DNA of 54,119 nucleotides from a virus. Lineage: Duplodnaviria > Caudoviricetes. The notes under the pieces were generated by a model. That model was not told the origin of the DNA and did no database searches. It was given only the letters and a program-made list of their open reading frames with translations. Every line of letters starts with the position of its first letter. The stretch's first letter is position 1. A program made the position numbers and the translations under genes. This document shows positions 46,592 to 54,119 of this stretch, piece by piece. The stretch covers positions 1-54,119 of IMG/VR virus record IMGVR_UViG_3300018080_000222; one strand, written 5' to 3'.

Positions 46592-46918
46592 CTACGATCG
46601 ACGTCGCTCCTGTAGGAAGGCGATTACGTCTTTTTGGGCTACTTCGTCGTCATGCACCACCTTCGACGCAAAACCATCCTCATTCAATCCGGCATGAGCC
46701 TCTGTGGCCACCTCTTCTGGTGTTGGAAGATAATATTGCTTCCTTTCCTTGAGGCCATTTTCATTGGTGCTTTCTACGGTATACGCAAACCTCACGTATT
46801 CCTCACCTTCATATGTGTGCTTTTCCAAATAGCAGTCAGAAAGCGGCACAACAACACCATTAATTGAAAGAACAACCTGTCTGCTGCCAGTATCCAACGA
46901 TACATTAACAATCGCCAT
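46592..46918 (-). CDS. Hypothetical protein
   Basis: 108 aa in head operon. Confidence 0.6.
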   Translation of the reverse strand: MAIVNVSLDTGSRQVVLSINGVVVPLSDCYLEKHTYEGEEYVRFAYTVESTNENGLKERKQYYLPTPEEVATEAHAGLNEDGFASKVVHDDEVAQKDVIAFLQERRRS

Positions 46919-46920
46919 AA

Positions 46921-47619
46921 CTACCCCCTATCCGTTTCCAAGTTCTTGTTGACAAATAGATGGCAAGGCCAATCATTCTTTTCCTCGACCACCCAGAAAA
47001 ACTCCGACATTTGTTCGACCAGATCGACTGTCTCCTCTTGGGGATAAATACGTCCCCCATGAAATGATACACAAAGTTGACCCATTTTGGCTCGCAATTC
47101 CGGTTTGGCCAGCACTTCCTTCAAAACGCCTACTTCTCCACCTTCACAATTTAGGAATAGCAGGTCAATCCTATCACAGTTGTTTTCGTCCATAATCGTC
47201 TCAAGACTCACAGACCTTACCTTGCTGGTCCTGCGAAGATGTCTCCCCTCACCAATGTGTCTTGGATATATGCTGTTAGACGATTCTTCCTGGAATTCGA
47301 AAAACTCTACCTCGCCATCGGAACCGGTAACAGCGGCTCTGTGGGTGATTACAGGACGATAGAAATTGCCACCTGAACCTGGGAAATGATAGCTTACTCC
47401 CTGACATAATGTTGCAAAGTTCTCTTTGCCAGCCTCATATGCGATCATTGTTAGTGCATATCTGTGATCCCTATAAAACCTGTCACACAGTTTAATCCCA
47501 TGTGCTCCATGGATCGATCCTACCTCTACAATCGTAGGATTATCTGGCAACATATTGGATGCAAAATACATATATTTATCACATCGATCAAACTCAAGGG
47601 TCGGTTTATCAGCCACCAC
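46921..47619 (-). CDS. FkbM-family SAM-dependent methyltransferase
   Basis: IVEVGSIHG, AYEA..NF..L, AAVT, IDLLFLNCEGGE..VL, QLCVSFH. Confidence 0.85.
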   Translation of the reverse strand: MVADKPTLEFDRCDKYMYFASNMLPDNPTIVEVGSIHGAHGIKLCDRFYRDHRYALTMIAYEAGKENFATLCQGVSYHFPGSGGNFYRPVITHRAAVTGSDGEVEFFEFQEESSNSIYPRHIGEGRHLRRTSKVRSVSLETIMDENNCDRIDLLFLNCEGGEVGVLKEVLAKPELRAKMGQLCVSFHGGRIYPQEETVDLVEQMSEFFWVVEEKNDWPCHLFVNKNLETDRG

Positions 47620-47626
47620 TGATCTC

Positions 47627-49789
47627 CTAATTCGGTGTATCTTCCCAAGTTCCGTTGGCCAACGCTGCCCATACGAGAGAGGTTAGCATTCGTTTTTCTT
47701 TGACGTTGGGTTCTCGCTTCGTCGAAGAGGTAAAGTCTGACACCATTTCATTAAACCTGTATTCAAAGATTGTAGATGGCTTTTCGGCATTATCTAGCCT
47801 GGAAGCTATTAGCTTTTTGGTTACTTTGTCACCAGGTTGCAGGACAGACAAGATACCCCTCTTGACGCGATCCAATTGATTTCGCTGAGCCTTTGTTAGA
47901 GACCGCATATTCTTGATATTGTGTTCTTTGAGGAATGCTTCGTCTATTAGGCCATCGACTTGGTCGATAAAGCCATCGGCAACGATGTTGAGGACCGAAA
48001 GGGTAGTTGGAGTGCGTTCATCTCTATCTTTAGTGTCCTTTGTGGCCGGTGGTCGTCCTGGGTCATTATCTCCATCATCCCTTGGTTGATCGCCGATTGG
48101 GTTATCTCCACCTCCGTTGTCATCACCTGGATGGTCGGGGAATTTGGTATCGTAACGGTAACCAAGCTTGACTCTTTCCAGTTGCAAGGCTAGTTCGCTT
48201 TGTTTTTCCATCACCGAAACAGGTCGGTAGTATGGACCAGCCTTTTCGAGCACTCCCGGATTATCCTCTCTTATTCTCTGTTCGCCCTTCATCCTCTCTA
48301 GTTCGATCATGTAATTAACGCCGAATACCTCTGTCGTCTTCTCCGAAGAGATAATGCCTCTATCTAGTAATTGAATCATCAATTGTTTTTCAGCGGCTTC
48401 ATCTCTAAGCGACATAATGCCGAAGTTGATCGCTGGGATTCTCTTGAAGCCCATGGCGTCTGCGACTAGCCTAAGTTCTCCTTCGATCCAGCGAATCGCT
48501 TTGCTTCTAACGTACTCAAGTCTTTCTACAAGGGTCTTCAACTGGACAAAAGCTGACTGAGCATTACGTGTTCCGAGATCAGCCCCACCAACTAATGAAT
48601 CTGGGATACCGAGACCACGGACGATATCTGCATTAACTCCAGCATATTTCTCTGCACCGAGAATTTTATCTGTCGGAGGATATTCAACCTTTAGGTCGAT
48701 CATATCGTCCCACACCAGGTCCATGACTCCTCCACCGCCATTGTGCTGAAGAATATCTACCAGCTTATCAACCGCAGCAGCAGTCGGAAGAATCTGTTGA
48801 TCAGATTTGCCCAATCTCCACAGACGGATTACGTTAATAACGCCGTCTAGAGCAGCCATATCAGCCAGCCTCATTTTCTCCTTGAACATCACATCTTCAA
48901 GCACGCCGTAGAGGAATGGGGTACCCCAGTCCTCCCAGTCGTCCTTCTTGTAATAATCAACATATATTTTATCCATATTCAGCGCTATCATGCCGCCCTT
49001 TTTCTTAGCTGCCGCAACCACTTCCGCTGGCAATTCTTTGACAAATTGTCTAGCAGCAGCAGTTTTGGGAGACTTAATCGAATTCGCCAAATCGTGTGGA
49101 ATGCGCATCCCCAGCGCGTCTGAGCCGAAGAACCTACCAAGATCACCACCAATTTTTTCTATAATGGTCGGAGACAGAAATGTGTATTTCCACGGTATTT
49201 CACGTTTCTTGGCTTTTCTTTTGTCTAGTCCGATTTTTTCTGGTGGTTCAGCGACCTTGCTTTCATCGACTGTCCCAGTCGGAGTCACGCCGCCCTTAGC
49301 CATTTCGTTAGCAGCCGGTACGGATAGAATACCGTTCTTGCGACGGACGATCACATTCGCATCACGCATTAATAGCTTCATAAAGTCGTGGGCTCTACCT
49401 TGTAGGTCAACACGTCTTGCCCACTCCCTGAAGAACCTCTCTTGCTTTTTGGTGGTATGCTGTAATTCAAGACCCTCAGCCGCAAAATCGGTCATTAGGT
49501 CAATAATATTGCGGACCATGCCGACCCTGCGATAAATAGCCTGACATGCCATGATTATCTCTGCATGTTCTGTCGGCAACTTATCGTGTGGACGGTCAAG
49601 ATCATAATCGTGCCTATTGTGTCCTGCCCTCAGACTAACGTCAGTCGCTATCGTGCGAGTGGGTAAACCGTGGCTGGCATAACATGCCTCTGGCAGACTG
49701 TGGTTATTAAGACCTTGGGTGCCCTTTGTGTAAAGTTTACCTTTTGATTTGGCTGCTTCACTTTTTGGACTGGCTTTTCTCTTGGCCAC
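47627..49789 (-). CDS. Portal protein
   Basis: 720 aa directly after terminase; Y....VRNIIDLMTDF; YYKKDDWEDWG.P. Confidence 0.8.
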   Translation of the reverse strand: MAKRKASPKSEAAKSKGKLYTKGTQGLNNHSLPEACYASHGLPTRTIATDVSLRAGHNRHDYDLDRPHDKLPTEHAEIIMACQAIYRRVGMVRNIIDLMTDFAAEGLELQHTTKKQERFFREWARRVDLQGRAHDFMKLLMRDANVIVRRKNGILSVPAANEMAKGGVTPTGTVDESKVAEPPEKIGLDKRKAKKREIPWKYTFLSPTIIEKIGGDLGRFFGSDALGMRIPHDLANSIKSPKTAAARQFVKELPAEVVAAAKKKGGMIALNMDKIYVDYYKKDDWEDWGTPFLYGVLEDVMFKEKMRLADMAALDGVINVIRLWRLGKSDQQILPTAAAVDKLVDILQHNGGGGVMDLVWDDMIDLKVEYPPTDKILGAEKYAGVNADIVRGLGIPDSLVGGADLGTRNAQSAFVQLKTLVERLEYVRSKAIRWIEGELRLVADAMGFKRIPAINFGIMSLRDEAAEKQLMIQLLDRGIISSEKTTEVFGVNYMIELERMKGEQRIREDNPGVLEKAGPYYRPVSVMEKQSELALQLERVKLGYRYDTKFPDHPGDDNGGGDNPIGDQPRDDGDNDPGRPPATKDTKDRDERTPTTLSVLNIVADGFIDQVDGLIDEAFLKEHNIKNMRSLTKAQRNQLDRVKRGILSVLQPGDKVTKKLIASRLDNAEKPSTIFEYRFNEMVSDFTSSTKREPNVKEKRMLTSLVWAALANGTWEDTPN

Positions 49790-49842
49790 GCTAACCTCCT
49801 CAGCAAATCAATGGCAATGCAATCAGACTAGAATACGATTGA

Positions 49843-49852
49843 TTATACACCA
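49843..49852 (-). promoter_or_regulatory. Class L promoter TGGTGTATAA
   Basis: Exact motif upstream of portal. Confidence 0.7.
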
Positions 49853-49855
49853 AAG

Positions 49856-52800
49856 CTATATCCTCTTACCCCTCTTTACGGCCTTGAAGATACCCCCACT
49901 GCGAGCATCGTTCGCATTTCGCATACGACCTACCCCAGAGCCCCGATACATGGGTTCATCCTTCGGCGCATTTGATCGCTTAACGATATTGCCGGGCACA
50001 TCCTCATAATCGATATCATTAGTCGGCGTAACTTCAGTATCATATACATGTTTATGAACCAATAGTAACGCAGTGTATCTGTCCTTCCTCAGCCTACCCT
50101 TTCGGGTCCTGCCCTCAACTGCCCCCGGCTGAACCACCTGTGGGGTATCGAATCTTTCTTTCCCAGTTGCTGTCTCGCTCATATGGATGGTGCAAAGCTC
50201 ATTTTTAAGCTCCTCAATGTTGAAAACGTTATCCTCGAATGTGTCGAAAATGATACCGGCAGCCTTTTCGGCTTCGATGGCACCGTACATCTTGACACTA
50301 TCGAACGCAGGAAACAATAGCGTTCTGGTCTCAAAGCTCTTGTGGAGTACTACGTTGGCCTTTTGGTTAAATTCATTGCTTTGCTGAACCAGATGCAGAA
50401 TGTGCCGTCCATCGACTTCACCATCGGTTTCCTTGGGCTCATCTGGATCAATAACCTCATAGATCGGGAAATCACCATCATCAAGATTCATTAACTTTTT
50501 ATTCCGCAACATCTCTGAAACAGCGTATCCACCACCCTGGCTATCCATCTCTATCCGGACGGGATTAAATATCTTGGTAACATCACGAATCTTTGAACAG
50601 CAATAGGCATAATAATCATCGTCAGTAACAAGACCATTCTTCTTCCTTTTGGAAAACTCCTTTTTGTTCACAGACCAGCAATATACCACCCTATAGTGAT
50701 TCGGCCAAATTTCTAGGACAACAATAGTCAAGTTGTCTCTCTCGGCAGCGGGATCAATGCCAATAACGTACTTACGTTTCGATTGTCCCCTCATTAGTGG
50801 GGTGAAGGTAACCGGACCATCCGGTGTCTCAATCGGCTTATTCGGCCCAACGGTACATCCTTCGATCAGACTTCTTGAAAAGAACCCGTCGGAATCTTTA
50901 ACAAAACAATTGTGATGAATACAACCATTGCCCATATAGCTATGATCGTCTTCTACCTCAAGATTATAAACATAGCCTTCATAGTGCTCTTCTCGATAAT
51001 TTTCAATGTCAACCCAAACTTCACGACATGGTTCGACAAGATTGCCTGCGATAATCGATTCAAAAATATGCTTATACCCACCTTTAATCTTGAGCAGCCA
51101 TGATTCTAATCCATCAAAATATCTATCCTCTTTGGCAAAATAGGTTCTTTTCGGTGGTCTCCTCCTAATATATGAATAGCATCCAAGAGATAAAAGAAGT
51201 CGTTTTATGTCAGAAACCAAAGATATTGAAATAGACGCAGCATGATAATCATTCGTGCCTAAGTGTCCATCCGCGTACCAATAACCACTGATAAGTCCCA
51301 TCGCTCCCGATTCGGTCAAAATATTCGAACAACGTATCCTTTTGTCCTTAGCTCCACGGCCTATCAAAGCATTCAACAATTGACAAACTATCTTGCTATT
51401 TATGTGAACCCTAGTGACATTTTCATATTCTCTATTAGTAATAGTGCAATCTACCCCAAAAACTGATTTTACTGCATCTATGAATTGGTTGACATATTGT
51501 CGCTGCTTTCTATTAAATGTAATATTCACTTGAGTAAGTTTTGAATTTATATCTCCATCGCCAGCGTAAAAGCCCAATATCATACCAAGACAATAGTTAA
51601 CTGGTATGTACCTTGGAATATTATTTTTGGTCCTATATCTAGTGACTTGCCTACTAGATTTATCGCTTCCCCATCTTGGGTATATGAATTCATCACCATC
51701 ATAATTGGCCAAGCAATAATCTCTACAATAATCTGTAAGGTCTATCGAAAATCCATCTTTTAATTTATCTCCAACCAACTTGACCCTATCTCTGGGATGT
51801 AAATCTCTGACAGAGACAAAGCCATTATTCGTATATATCGGATGATCGATTGTGACACTAACTGCATCATTGAGACCACAATTGAATTTTGAAATAACTC
51901 CATTGTAATATCTATATTTTCTTGCAGAAACTCTTTTCCATCTACCCTTGTGTGTAAAAACGACGTCTCCTACAACAATATCTTCTATTCTCTTAACGCC
52001 ATCTAGGGTATCAACCAATGATCCCGGCAACTGACAGGCACCATACTCCATGAGATATATATTTCTTGGAAGAGTGGCTTTGGCATGTGCCAACTGTCTT
52101 TTATCTAATAGGCCATCTGGTAGGTGTGTATGGGGAATACGGATTATAGCATAGTCACGATGATTGAAGCCGTCTGGAATCAGATTCTCTCCCCCAAATA
52201 TTTGTGAAACTCTATCTTGATCCCCCTTGCTGCGAATGATATCCTGCCACATATCATGCTTTTTGGCAAAGTGATTAAAGGCATAATAGGCAGTACCAGA
52301 ATATACGATCTGGTTGCCGTGCATTCTCCCGTCATCCGTAGTCAGTTCAGTCTTGATGTCTTTTGGGAGGTCCATTTTTGCCAGTTGCCTATCAAACGCT
52401 GCCTTCTTAGCTTCTTCTACTGGTGTCTTGGCAGTAGCAGCAAAACCACGGACGACTACGTCAAAAACATCTTCGGGAATTGATGCAAATTCGTCTGCGA
52501 TTACGACGTTGGCGCGGAAACCCCTAATTTTTGTGTTGTGACTATGAAACCCGTTCGCGCAGTATTCATGGCCATCTGGGACATGCACATCGAACGTAAC
52601 GCATTCATCATCTTCTATGGATACGATTTCATCGTAATAGATATTGGGGTCAGCAAGACAACGAATAGTGTCGATTCGTGGATCATCTATGTGGCCGTAA
52701 ACTCTCAAAAAATTATCGACGAGAGGACGAGAAGCGGATTTCTTAATCCTTAATCTGGCTGCGCAAACAGATGTACAATTCCCCGTATTCCTCGCCGCCC

Positions 52801-54119
52801 TATAGTTCTCCGCAATATCTACCATATCATCCAAAATATCGGGAATATTATCATTTTGATCCATCCATCGCTTTTTCTTGTCTATGCCTGCCAGCAAGAC
52901 ATCTTGTTTTCTTTTGAGCCTAAAACCAATTTCAGTGGCAAAAATCAACACGTCCCTACCAGTTATCGAAAGCTCATAGCATTCTTCCCATTCATCTTTT
53001 CTTTTACGGGACTTAACATGGGCTACGATACCATAATGAAGCAATATATACTGAAGTTGTCTAACAAGCTCCTTGCTGGTATTATAAAATGTGACACCTA
53101 TCTGGGTACCGCCACGTTCAGTAGTAACCTGAACAGAACCATCCGTGTCGAAAAGACCCGAAATAAATGCAGAAGTTACATCGCGAGGAGATTTAAGAAT
53201 GGTTGATGGAAATCGTTTATCTTTGGTTTTGAGATGATCAAAACCAATCCCAAATTTTGTAATCAAATCGTCAATTTTCTTTTTCCCATACATATTCCAA
53301 TGGACAACATCTGCTGATTGCTTAAAGCCTCCAACAACCTGAATCGCGTCTGCCAATTCCCTATCTTCCGTGGCAAAACCCAATCTGTATCCGTTTTGTC
53401 CGATAAAACATCCATCACCTGTCAATAACCCTAGTGCATACGCTTCCTCATCAGTAACTCCAGAATCACCATTGTGCCATCTGGCAGAACGATCCAACAG
53501 AATACGATCACCAACCCGCATTTGATCCATTCTAGACCAAACAATTCCGCCATTTCTGACAATTTTCAACTTATGATTGTGCGTGCCCTCAATCTCAAAA
53601 CCATGGTGTGTTCTTGCCCTTTTTGTCTGCGACTTCCCATTGCAATAAGATTCATCACTCAGTCTAAATTCGCCATTGCCCCAAATTTTTCTATCACGCT
53701 CAATTGTATTGTTTGTAGTCTGATCTGCTGGTTGATCATCGGCAATGGTCCCAAAACAGTTTTCATAAGTCGTTGTGGTATAAGGACTTACGCAGCCGTC
53801 TCCCATCGGCAGAGCATATATTATGCTGTCGCCTACCCTGAAATAACATAGATCGACATTTTGTCGCGGACCAGACTTTTTGCCACCACCGACTATGTTT
53901 CGCAATACCGGTGAACTATTCCAGATAGTGTCAATGTAATTAAATACCAGCCTTGCCTGACGCAAACCAGCACCAACAATAACAACCTTCGTTCCGGGGT
54001 CTAGCAGTGCCCTCAGTACGGCATAAACTGCAAGCATAAATGATTTACTACCACCACGACATGCTATCAGCATTGGGAATGGTGTGTTCCACATCATCTG
54101 AAGAATAGCAATCTGAATA
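49856..54119 (-). CDS. terL: Terminase large subunit with two inteins (5'-partial)
   Basis: Walker A ACRGGSKS, IRGFRANVVIADE Walker B, nuclease YVIGIDPA; frame open to window edge. Confidence 0.92.
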   Translation of the reverse strand, partial: IQIAILQMMWNTPFPMLIACRGGSKSFMLAVYAVLRALLDPGTKVVIVGAGLRQARLVFNYIDTIWNSSPVLRNIVGGGKKSGPRQNVDLCYFRVGDSIIYALPMGDGCVSPYTTTTYENCFGTIADDQPADQTTNNTIERDRKIWGNGEFRLSDESYCNGKSQTKRARTHHGFEIEGTHNHKLKIVRNGGIVWSRMDQMRVGDRILLDRSARWHNGDSGVTDEEAYALGLLTGDGCFIGQNGYRLGFATEDRELADAIQVVGGFKQSADVVHWNMYGKKKIDDLITKFGIGFDHLKTKDKRFPSTILKSPRDVTSAFISGLFDTDGSVQVTTERGGTQIGVTFYNTSKELVRQLQYILLHYGIVAHVKSRKRKDEWEECYELSITGRDVLIFATEIGFRLKRKQDVLLAGIDKKKRWMDQNDNIPDILDDMVDIAENYRAARNTGNCTSVCAARLRIKKSASRPLVDNFLRVYGHIDDPRIDTIRCLADPNIYYDEIVSIEDDECVTFDVHVPDGHEYCANGFHSHNTKIRGFRANVVIADEFASIPEDVFDVVVRGFAATAKTPVEEAKKAAFDRQLAKMDLPKDIKTELTTDDGRMHGNQIVYSGTAYYAFNHFAKKHDMWQDIIRSKGDQDRVSQIFGGENLIPDGFNHRDYAIIRIPHTHLPDGLLDKRQLAHAKATLPRNIYLMEYGACQLPGSLVDTLDGVKRIEDIVVGDVVFTHKGRWKRVSARKYRYYNGVISKFNCGLNDAVSVTIDHPIYTNNGFVSVRDLHPRDRVKLVGDKLKDGFSIDLTDYCRDYCLANYDGDEFIYPRWGSDKSSRQVTRYRTKNNIPRYIPVNYCLGMILGFYAGDGDINSKLTQVNITFNRKQRQYVNQFIDAVKSVFGVDCTITNREYENVTRVHINSKIVCQLLNALIGRGAKDKRIRCSNILTESGAMGLISGYWYADGHLGTNDYHAASISISLVSDIKRLLLSLGCYSYIRRRPPKRTYFAKEDRYFDGLESWLLKIKGGYKHIFESIIAGNLVEPCREVWVDIENYREEHYEGYVYNLEVEDDHSYMGNGCIHHNCFVKDSDGFFSRSLIEGCTVGPNKPIETPDGPVTFTPLMRGQSKRKYVIGIDPAAERDNLTIVVLEIWPNHYRVVYCWSVNKKEFSKRKKNGLVTDDDYYAYCCSKIRDVTKIFNPVRIEMDSQGGGYAVSEMLRNKKLMNLDDGDFPIYEVIDPDEPKETDGEVDGRHILHLVQQSNEFNQKANVVLHKSFETRTLLFPAFDSVKMYGAIEAEKAAGIIFDTFEDNVFNIEELKNELCTIHMSETATGKERFDTPQVVQPGAVEGRTRKGRLRKDRYTALLLVHKHVYDTEVTPTNDIDYEDVPGNIVKRSNAPKDEPMYRGSGVGRMRNANDARSGGIFKAVKRGKRI
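50909..52036 (-). mobile_element. Intein 2 in TerL (376 aa) with LAGLIDADG endonuclease
   Basis: YGA|CQLPGSLV...VYNLEVEDDHSYMGNGCIHHN|C; LGFYAGDG and ISGYWYADG. Confidence 0.92.
52535..53794 (-). mobile_element. Intein 1 in TerL (420 aa) with LAGLIDADG endonuclease
   Basis: MGDG|CVSPYT...TFDVHVPDGHEYCANGFHSHN|T; LGLLTGDG and FISGLFDTDG. Confidence 0.92.

Noticed and set aside
710-53851. Plus-strand ORFs in the track
   Set aside because: They are antisense shadows of longer minus-strand genes or RNAs, with no recognisable motifs
1-54119. Stop-codon recoding
   Set aside because: Genes are intact in the standard code, TAG and TGA serve as real stops, and no suppressor tRNA is seen

Overview
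This 54-kb window is part of a large tailed-phage genome (Caudoviricetes; probably a siphovirus, since no sheath gene is seen). All credible genes are on the minus strand and use the standard code. In transcription order (right to left) it encodes: a 5'-truncated terminase large subunit with two LAGLIDADG inteins, portal, an FkbM methyltransferase, protease/scaffold, decoration protein, major capsid protein, YWTD-propeller and Ser-Gly-repeat fibre proteins, neck proteins and tail tube. A ~13-kb accessory island follows, holding 6 tRNAs, a tRNA-like ncRNA, an RNA ligase, HPRT, a UV glycosylase, a DUF4326-SLOG fusion and several HNH endonucleases. The window ends with tail chaperones, tape measure and baseplate genes. 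Two promoter classes are visible: TGGTGTATAA mostly before virion genes and GAACA-N15-SGTATAAC before accessory units. The most striking element is a complete leader-peptide attenuator at 17500-17668. Its control run Asn-His-Asn-Ala-Ala-Gly-Gly matches exactly the four tRNAs (Asn, Ala, His, Gly) in the operon it gates, suggesting a tRNA-depletion-sensing switch. All product calls come from motif recognition by eye; no database searches were run.
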